NCBI GenBank assembly: GCA_038087875.1
Contig: JAXLNO010000331.1
Location: 47,899 to 67,898, forward strand
Origin: Malacoraja senta
Lineage: Eukaryota
DNA length: 20,000 nucleotides
Direction of reading: 5' to 3'
Shown: positions 10,590 to 18,876 of the stretch, in pieces
How the letters are laid out: each line of letters opens with the position of its first letter
Numbering within the stretch: position 1 is the first letter of the stretch
Notes under the pieces: generated by a model
Told to the model about the DNA's origin: nothing
What the model saw: only the letters and a program-made list of their open reading frames with translations
Database searches by the model: none
Program-made: the position numbers and the translations under genes

Positions 10590-13424
10590 AGTTTGTGAGA
10601 CTGTAAAGGTTTGTGAGACTGTGTAAAAGTTTGTGAGACTAAACATTCGTGAGACTAAAAGTTTGTGAGACTGTGTAAAGGTTTGTGAGACTGTGTAAAA
10701 GTTTGTGAGACTGTAAAAGTTTGTGAGACTGTGTAAAAGTTTGTGAGACTGTGTAAAAGTTTGTGAGACTAAAAGTTTGTGGAACAGTGTACAAGTTTGT
10801 GAGACTGTGTAAAAGTTTGTGAGACTGTGTAAAAGTTTGTGAGACTGTGTAAAAGTTTGTGAGACTGTGTAAAAGTTTGTGAGGCAGTGTAAAGGTTTGT
10901 GAGACTGTGTAAAAGTTTGTGAGACTGTGTAAAAGTTTGTGAGACTGTGTAAAAGTTTGTGAAACTAAAAGTTTGTGAGTAAACATTCGTGAGACTGTAA
11001 AAGTTTGTGAGACTGTAAAAGTTTGTGAGACTGTGTAAAAGTTTGTGAGGCTGTGTACAAGTTTGTGAGGCTGTAAAGGTTTGTGAGGCTGTATAAAAGT
11101 TTGTGAGACTGTGTAAAAGTTCGTGAGGCTGTGTAAAGGTTTGTGAGACTGTGTAAAAGTTCGTGAGACTGTGTAAAAGTTTGTGAGGCTGTGTAAAGGT
11201 TTGTGAGACTGTGTAAAGGTTTGTGGAACTGTGTAAAAGTTTGTGAGGCTGTGTAAAAGTTTGTGAGACTGTAAAGGTTTGTGAAACTAAAAGTTTGTGA
11301 GTGTGTAAATGTTGGTGAGACTGTGTAAAGGTTTGTGAGACTAAAAGTTTGTGAGACTGTAAAGGTTTGTGAGACTGTAAAGGTTGGTGAGACTGTAAAA
11401 GGTTGGTGAGACTGTGTAAAAGTTTGTGAGACTGTGTAAAAGTTTGTGAGGCAGTGTAAAAGTTTGTGAGACAGTGTAAAAGTTTGTGAGACTGTGTAAA
11501 AGTTTGTGAGACAGTGTAAAAGTTTGTGAGACTGTGTAAAAGTTTGTGAGGCTGTGTAAAAGTTTGTGAGACTGTGTAAAAGTTTGTGAGACTGTGTAAA
11601 AGTTTGTGAGACTGTGTAAAAGTTTGTGAGACTGTGTAAAAGTTTGTGAGGCAGTGTAAAAGTTTGTGAGACTGTGTAAAAGTTTGTGAGACTGTGTAAA
11701 ACTTTGTGAGACTGTGTAAAAGTTTGTGAGGCTGTGTAAAAGTTTGTGAGACTGTGTAAAAGTTTGTGAGACTGTGTAAAAGTTTGTGAGACTGTGTAAA
11801 AGTTTGTGAGACTGTGTAAAAGTTTGTGAGGCAGTGTAAAAGTTTGTGAGACTGTGTAAAAGTTTGTGAGACTGTAAAAGTTTGTGAGGCAGTGTAAAAG
11901 TTTGTGAGACTGTGTAAAAGTTTGTGAGACTGTGTAAAAGTTTGTGGGACTGTGTAAAAGTTTGTGAGGCTGTGTAAAGGTTTGTGAGGCAGTGTAAAAG
12001 TTTGTGAGGCTGTGTAAACGTTTGTGAGACTAAAAGTTCGTGAGACTGTGTAAAAGTTTGTGGGACTGTGTAAAAGTTTGTGAGGCTGTGTAAAGGTTTG
12101 TGAGGCAGTGTAAAAGTTTGTGAGGCTGTGTAAACGTTTGTGAGACTAAAAGTTTGTGAGACTGTGTAAAAGTTTGTGAGGCTGTGTAAAAGTTTGTGAG
12201 ACTGTGTAAAAGTTTGTGAGGCTGTGTAAAGGTTTGTGAGGCTGTGTAAAAGTTTGTGAGGCTGTGTAAAAGTTTGTGAGGCTGTGTAAAAGTTTGTGAG
12301 ACTGTGTAAAAGTTTGTGAGACTGTAAAGGTTTGTGAAACTAAAAGTTTGTGAGACTGTGTAAATGTTGGTGAGACTGTGTAAAGGTTTGTGTGGCTAAA
12401 AGTTTGTGAGACTGTAAAGGTTTGTGAGACTGTAAAGGTTGGTGAGACTGTGTAAAAGGTTGGTGAGACTGTGTAAAAGTTCATGAGGCTGTGTAAAAGT
12501 TTGTGAGACTGTGTAAAAGTTTGTGAGGCTGTGTAAAGGTTTGTGAGACTGTGTAAAAGTTTGTGAGACTGTGTAAAAGTTTGTGAGACTGTGTAAAGGT
12601 TTGTGAGGCAGTGTAAAGGTTTGTGAGGCTGTGTAAAGGTTTGTGAGGCTGTGTAAAAGTTTGTGAGGCTTTGTAAAAGTTTGTGAGACTGTGTAAAAGT
12701 TTGTGAGACTGTGTAAAAGTTTGTGAGACTGTAAAGGTTTGTGAGACTGTGTAAAAGTTTGTGAGGCTGTGTAAAAGTTCGTGAGGCTGTGTAAAAGTTT
12801 GTGAGGCTGTGTAAAAGTTTGTGAGGCTGTGTAAAAGTTTGTGAGGCTGTGTAAAAGTTTGTGAGGCTGTGTAAAAGTTTGTGAGGCTGTGTAAAAGTTC
12901 GTGAGGCAGTGTAAAAGTTTGTGAGGCTGTGTAAAAGTTTGTGAGGCTGTGTAAAAGTTTGTGAGGCTGTGTAAAAGTTTGTGAGGCTGTGTAAAAGTTC
13001 GTGAGGCAGTGTAAAAGTTTGTGAGGCTGTGTAAAAGTTTGTGAGGCTGTGTAAAAGTTCGTGAGGCTGTGTAAAAGTTTGTGAGGCTGTGTAAAAGTTT
13101 GTGAGGCTGTGTAAAAGTTTGTGAGGCTGTGTAAAAGTTTGTGAGGCTGTGTAAAAGTTCGTGAGGCTGTGTAAAAGTTTGTGAAACTAAAAGTTTGTGA
13201 GACTAAACATTCGTGAGACTGTGTAAAAGTTTGTGGAACTCTGTAAAAGTTTGTGAGACTGTAAAGGTTTGTGAGGCTGTGTAAAGTTTTGTGAGGCTGT
13301 ATAAAAGTTCGTGAGGCTGTGTAAAAGTTTGTGAAACTATAAGTTTGTGAGTAAACATTCGTGAGACTGTGTAAAAGTTTGTGAGACTTTAAAAGTTTGT
13401 GAGGCTGGGTAAAAGTTTGTGAAA
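10590..13424. repeat. 20-bp minisatellite array 5 (about 2.8 kb)
   Basis: Tandem units; counterpart of array 3 but about 0.8 kb longer. Confidence 0.97.
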
Positions 13425-14098
13425 AAGCATGCAGGTACAGCAGGCAGTGAAGAAAGCGAATGGCATATTGGCCTTCATAACAAGAGGAGTTGAGTACAGG
13501 AGCAAAGATGTCCTTCTGCAGTTGTACAGGGCCCTGGTGAGACCACATCTGGAGTATTGTGTGCAGTTTTGGTCTCCAAATTTGAGGAAGGACATTCTTG
13601 CTATTGAGGGAGCCCAGCGTAGGTTCACCAGGTTAATTCCCGGGATGGCAGGACTGTCATATGCTGAGAGAATGGAGCGGCTGGGCTTGTACACTCTGGA
13701 GTTTAGAAGGATGAGAGGGCATCTCATTGAAACATATAAGATTATTAAGGGTTTGGACACGCTAGAGGCAGGAAACATGTTCCCGATGTTGGGGGAGTCC
13801 AGAACCAGGGGCCACACACACAGTTTAAGAATAAGGGGTCGGCCATTTAGAACGGAGATGAGGAGAAACGTTTCCACCCAGAGAGTTGTGAATCTGTGGG
13901 ATTCTCTGCCTCAGAGGGCGGTGGAGGCCGGTTCTCTGGATACTTTCAAGAGATAGTTAGATAGGGCTCTTAAAGATAGCGGAGTCAGGGGATATGGGGA
14001 GAAGGCAGGAACGGGGTACTGATTGGGGATGATCAGTCATGATCACATTGAATGGCTTGAAGGGCCGAATGGCCTACTCCTGCACCTATTGTCTATTG
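13425..14098 (+). mobile_element. 5'-truncated CR1 subfamily A, copy 3 of the 385-1058 insertion
   Basis: Same junctions; ORF 13429-13956 has the same premature TAG and (CA)5 tract as copy 1. Confidence 0.93.
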
Positions 14099-14473
14099 AA
14101 ACTGTGTAAAAGTTTGTGAGACTGTGTGAATGTTTGTGAGACTGTGTAAAAGTTTGTGAGGCTGTGTAAAAGTTTGTGAGACTGTGTAAAAAATTTGTGA
14201 GACTGTGTAAAAGTTTGTGAGACTGTGTAAAAGTTTGTGAGACTGTGTAAAAGTTTGTGAGACTGTGTAAAAGTTTGTGAGACTGTGTGAAGGTTTGTGA
14301 GTGTGTGAAAGTTTGTGAGACTGTGTAAAAGTTTGTGAGACTGTGTAAAAGTTTGTGAGACTGTGTAAAAGTTTGTGAGACTGTGTAAAAGTTTGTGAGG
14401 CTGTGTAAAAGTTTGTGAAAATGTGTGATTCTTTTACGGGGTGAAGGTTTGTGAGCCGGTGTGTAAGTGTGTG
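14099..14473. repeat. 20-bp minisatellite array 6 (duplicate of array 4)
   Basis: Shares rare variants with 7506-7880 (GTGAATGTTTG, TAAAAAATTTG, degenerate edge). Confidence 0.93.
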
Positions 14474-14509
14474 TCAGCACTTGTGTCAACGTCCACAACC
14501 CTTTTCATA

Positions 14510-14846
14510 TTGTTTGTCATATACATCAATGATCTGGATGATGGTGTGGTAAATTGGATTAGTAAGTATGCAGATGACACTAAGATAGGTGGTGTTGTGG
14601 ATAATGAAGTCGATTTTCAAAGTCTACAGAGAGATTTAGGCCATTTGGAAGAGTGGGCTGAAAGATGGCAGATGGAGTTTAATGCTGATAAGTGTGAGGT
14701 GCTACATCTTGGCAGGACAAATCAAAATAGGACGTACATGGTAAATGGTAGCGAATTGAGGAATGCAGTTGAACAGAGGGATCTAGGAATAACTGGGCAT
14801 AGTTCCCTGAAGGTGGAATCTCATGTAGATAGGGTGGGAAAGGGTG
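14510..14846 (+). mobile_element. CR1 subfamily C, 5' piece (duplicate of 7917-8253)
   Basis: YINDLD/KYADD RT core at an offset of 6593 bp. Confidence 0.9.
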
Positions 14847-15422
14847 GTATAGGAGCAGGGAGGTTCTACTGCAGTTGTACAGGGTCTTGGTGAGACCACA
14901 CCTGGAGTATTGCGTACAGTTTTGGTCTCCTAATCTGAGGAAGGACATTATTGCCATAGAGGGAGTGCAGAGAAGGTTCACCAGACTGATTCCTGGGATG
15001 GCAGGACTTTCATATGAAGAAAGACTGGATAGACTCGGCTTGTACTCGCTAGAATTGAGAAGATTGAGGTGGGATCTTACAGAAACGTACAAAATTCTTA
15101 AGGGGTTGGACAGGCTAGATGCAGGAAGATTGTTCCCGATGTTGGGGAAGTCCAGGACAAGGGGTCACAGATTAAGGATAAGGGGGAAATCCTTTAGGAC
15201 CGAGATGAGAAAAAAAAATTCACACAGAGAGTGGTGAATCTGTGGAACTCTCTGCCACAGAAGGTAGTTGAGGCCAGTTCATTGGCTATATTTAAGAGGG
15301 AGTTAGATGTGGCCCTTGTGGCTAAAGGGATCAGGGGGTATGGAGAGAAGGCAGGTACGGGATACTGAGTTGGATGATCAGTATGGCCTCTACTCCTGCA
15401 CCTATTGTCTATGTTTCTATGT
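14847..15422 (+). mobile_element. CR1 subfamily B nested in CR1-C (duplicate of 8254-8829)
   Basis: Near-identical to 8254-8829. Confidence 0.92.
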
Positions 15423-16072
15423 AAAGAAAGCTTTTGGTGTGCTGGCCTTTATAAATCAGAGCATTGAGTATAGAAGTTGGGATGTAATGTTAAAATTGTA
15501 CAAGGCATTGGTGAGGCCAATTCTGGAGTATGGAGTACAATTTTGGTCGCCTAATTATAGGAAGGATGTCAACAAAATAGAGAGAGTACAGAGGAGATTT
15601 ACTAGAATGTTGCCTGGGTTTCAGCAACTAAGTTACAGAGAAAGGTTGAACAAGTTAGGTCTTTATTCTTTGGAGCGCAGAAGGTTAAGAGGGGACTTGA
15701 TAGAGGTCTTTAAAATGATGAGCGGGTTAGACAGAGTGGACGTGGATAAGCTTTTCCCATTGAGAGTAGGGAAGATTCAAACAAGGGGACATGACTTGAG
15801 AATTAAGGGACAGAAGTTTAGGGGGAACATGAGGGGGAACTTCTTTACTCAGAGAGTGGTAGCTGTGTGGAATGAGCTTCCAGTGGAAGTGGTGGAGGCA
15901 GGTTCGTTTTTATAGTTTACAAATAGATTGGATAGGTATATAGCCGGGAAAGGAATGGAGGGTTATGGTCTGAGTGCAGGTAGATGGGACTAGGGGAGAG
16001 TAAGTGTTGGGCACGGACTAGAAGGGCCGAGATGGCCTGTTTCCGTGCTATAATTGTTATATGGTAATATGG
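15423..16072 (+). mobile_element. CR1 subfamily C, complete 3' piece with 3' UTR and tail
   Basis: KKAFGVLAFI...RRLRGDLIEVFK...TRGHDLRIKG...FFTQRVVAVWNELP; ends GAAGGGCCGAGATGGCCTGTTTCCGTGCTATAATTGTTATATGGTAATATGG. Confidence 0.9.
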
Positions 16073-16513
16073 CCTGTTTCCGCGCTGTATCTCTGAAGTG
16101 AAAAAGGGAATAGTTGAAGCAGAGAGAGGAGGGCGAGAGTTTGGGGCCTGTTTCAAAATGGCCGACTTTTGCCTCCTGTTTCTGTGCTGTAATTGTTATA
16201 TGGTTATATGGTCATTTCCTTCCAAGGCCTTTATTCAGATTGCATATGCACCAGAAGGTGTAAAAAGACCTTCAATAGTCGTAGAGCATCAGGCGATCGT
16301 TAAAATACCAGCGGACACGTTGGGTCCCGGTTTGAAGGCGCCAGAGATCGCCGTTGGGGCGCCAGTCAAAATGGCGATCTTAAAATGGCGGCCGGCCCGG
16401 CAACCGCCCACCAACTGCGCAGGCGCGGCTTACTGGGCCCGGCAAGTGGGAGCCTCCTGGAAGAAAGTAAATTACATTTTATAACGGGAAATATTTTACA
16501 AAACAAATATTTC

Positions 16514-17160
16514 CATAACAAGAGGAGTTGAGTACAGGAGCAAGGAGGTCCTTCTGCAGTTGTACAGGGCCCTGGTGAGACCACACCTGGAGTATTGTGT
16601 GCAGTTTTGGTCCCCTAATTTGAGGAAGGACATTCTTGCTATTGAGGGAGCCCAGCGTAGGTTCACCAGGTTAATTCCCGGGATGGCGGGACTGTCATAT
16701 GCTGAGAGAATGGAGCGGCTGGGCTTGTACACTCTGGAGTTTAGAAGGATGAGAGGGAATCTTATTGAAACATATAAGATAATTGAGGATTTGGACACGC
16801 TAGAGGCAGGAAACATGTTCCCGATGTTGGGGGAGTCCAGAACCAGGGGCCACACACACACACAGTTTAAGAATAAGGGGTCGGCCATTTAGATCGGAGA
16901 CGAGGAAACACTTTTCCACCCAGAGAGTTGTGAATCTGTGGGATTCTCTGCCTCAGAGGGCGGGCGGTGGAGGCCGGTTCTCTGGATGCTTTCAAGAGAG
17001 AGCTAGATAGGGCTCTTAAAGATAGCGGAGTCCGGGGATATGGGGAGAAGGCAGGAACGGGGTACTGATTGGGGATGATCAGCTGTGATCACATTGAATG
17101 GCGGTGCTGGCTCGAAGGGCCGAATGGCCGACTCCTGCACCTGTTGTCTATTGTCGATTG
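16514..17160 (+). mobile_element. 5'-truncated CR1 subfamily A, independent insertion
   Basis: Starts CATAACAAGAGGAG, a different truncation point from copies 1-3. ORF 16560-16892, (CA)7 tract, intact 3' UTR GAATGGCGGTGCTGGCTCGAAGGGCCG, tail TTGTCTATTGTCGATTG. Confidence 0.92.
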
Positions 17161-17378
17161 ACAATAGTGGGAGCGGATGTGTTTCCTTTGGAGTCGGTAG
17201 CTTCTGTAAACAGGAACTTCTGTGGGTGTCTGACTGAAGAATATATTGTTAAGATGGAATTGTCGATGTCAGGCTTCTGACTGTTCAGTTTGTGATCAAC
17301 AGTTTGTGATTGATAGAAGCACAAGGTGACAAGTTTCATGTTTCAAGTTCAGGTTTATATCTATTGTCACATGTAACT

Positions 17379-17423
17379 TAGAAACATAGAAAATAGGTGC
17401 AGGAGGAGGCCATTCGGCCCTTC
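17379..17423 (-). mobile_element. Very short CR1 3' terminus
   Basis: TAGAAACATAGAAAATAGGTGCAGGAGGAGGCCATTCGGCCCTTC is the reverse complement of the CR1 terminal region and tail. Confidence 0.8.
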
Positions 17424-17516
17424 AGGCCTAGGTGGGTTTTTTGGGCCTATATTTTAGGCTTTAGACTATTTTAAGACAACTTGACTGGACATTACCTGTT
17501 CAGGCCTAGATGGTTT

Positions 17517-18572
17517 TAGAAACATAGAAACATAGAAAATAGGTGCAGGAGTCGGCCATTCGGCCCTTCGAGCCAGCACCGCCATTCATTGTGATCATGG
17601 CTGATCATCCCCAATCAATAACCCGTGCCTGCCTTCTCCCCATATCCCCTGACTCCACCAGCCCCTAGAGCTCTATCTAACTCTCTCTTAAATTCATCCA
17701 GTGACTTGGCCTACACTGCCCTCTGAGGCAGAGAATCCCACAGACTCACCACTCTCTGGGTGGAAAAGTGTTCCTCGTCTCCGTTCTAAATGGCCGACCC
17801 CTTATTCTTAAACTGTGTGTGTGGCCCCTGGTTCTGGACTCCCCCAACATCGGGAACATGTTTCCTGCCTCGTGTCCAAACCCTTAATAATCTTATATGT
17901 TTCAATAAGATGCCCTCTCATCCTTCTAAACTCCAGAGTGTACAAGCCCAGCCGCTCCATTCTCTCAGCATATGACAGTCCCGCCATCCCGGGAATTAAC
18001 CTGGTGAACCTACGCTGGGCTCCCTCAATAGCAAGGATGTCCTTCCTCAAATTAGGGGACCAAAACTGTGCACAATACTGCAGGTGTGGTCTCACCAGGG
18101 CCCTGTACAACTGCAGAAGGACCTCTTTGCTCCTGTACTCAACTCCTCTTGTTATGAAGGCCAACAGGCCAAAACTGTACACAATACTCCAGGTGTGGTC
18201 TCACCAGGGCCCTGTACAACTGCAGAAGGACCTCTTTGCTCCTATGATCAACTCCTCTTGTTATAAAGGGCCAACAGGCCAAAACTGCACACAATACTCC
18301 AGGTGTGGTCTCACCAGGGCCCTGTACAACTGCAGAACGACCTCTTTGCTCCTGTACTCAACTCCTCTTGTTATGAAGGCCAACAGGCCATTGGCTTTCT
18401 TCACTGCCTGCTGTACCTGCAAGCTTACTTTCAGTGACTGATGTACAAGGACCCCCAGATCCCGTTGTACTTCCCCTTTTCCCCAACTTGACGCCATTTA
18501 GATAGTAATCTGCCTTCCTGTTTTTGCTACCAAAGTGGACAACCTCACATTTATCCGCATTAAACTGCATCT
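17517..18572 (-). mobile_element. 5'-truncated CR1 (A-like body) with an internal triplication
   Basis: MQFNADKCEVVHFG...QRDLGVLVHQSLKV...[13 protein letters not shown]...RPHLQYCAQFWSP over several frames; (AGAAACAT)n tail at 17517-17540. Confidence 0.92.
18060..18390. repeat. Three tandem copies of a 109-110 bp CR1 segment
   Basis: Units begin CAAAACTG at 18061, 18170 and 18280. Confidence 0.95.
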
Positions 18573-18582
18573 CAACTTAAAC

Positions 18583-18738
18583 TGGAGTGGTTTGGGTGGG
18601 AAGGAACAAATTGACCAGGGTGTTACGGAGGGAGCGGTCCCTGCGGAAAGCCGACAGGGGAGGAGATGGGAAGATGGGGCAAGTGGTGGGGTCCCGTTGG
18701 AGGTGGCGAAAATGTCGGAGGATGATTTGTTGTATGTT
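18583..18738 (-). mobile_element. Penelope-like element fragment (region between RT and GIY-YIG endonuclease)
   Basis: Manual minus-strand translation, open for 52 codons: NIQQIILRHFRHLQRDPTTCPIFPSPPLSAFRRDRSLRNTLVNLFLPTQTTP. It resembles the IFP-PP--AFRR--(N/S)LR--LV motif of vertebrate Penelope-like ORFs. Confidence 0.72.
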
Positions 18739-18876
18739 TAACTACTTAAAATAGTATTTAAATTATAATTATCTCACCTAGGTAGAATATTCCACTAGGA
18801 GAATATAACACTTTAAAATGTAATAACTACTTTGAAAGAATTTTAAAAAAGAAGAAATATTATTGTCTATTGTGAT

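Larger units (their letters stand above)
3426..15795. repeat. Head-to-tail segmental duplication: copy I 3426-9204, copy II 9203-15795
   Basis: Identical order and junctions of CR1-B(-), Rex1(-), satellite, CR1-A, satellite, CR1-C[CR1-B]CR1-C. The length difference is almost entirely the satellite array. Confidence 0.9.

Noticed and set aside
1059..13424. CRISPR array or RT-associated repeat system (retron, DGR, RT-Cas)
   Set aside because: The repeats are contiguous with no unique spacers, there are no cas or accessory genes, and the RTs are truncated vertebrate LINE fragments.
1..14473. Telomeric repeat
   Set aside because: No TTAGGG arrays. A subtelomeric location cannot be judged from this window.
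16098..17339. Short ORFs 16098-16484, 17098-17280 and 17148-17339 as host exons
   Set aside because: No recognisable domain, partial overlap with LINE tails and no convincing splice structure. A small exon in 17168-17330 cannot be fully excluded.
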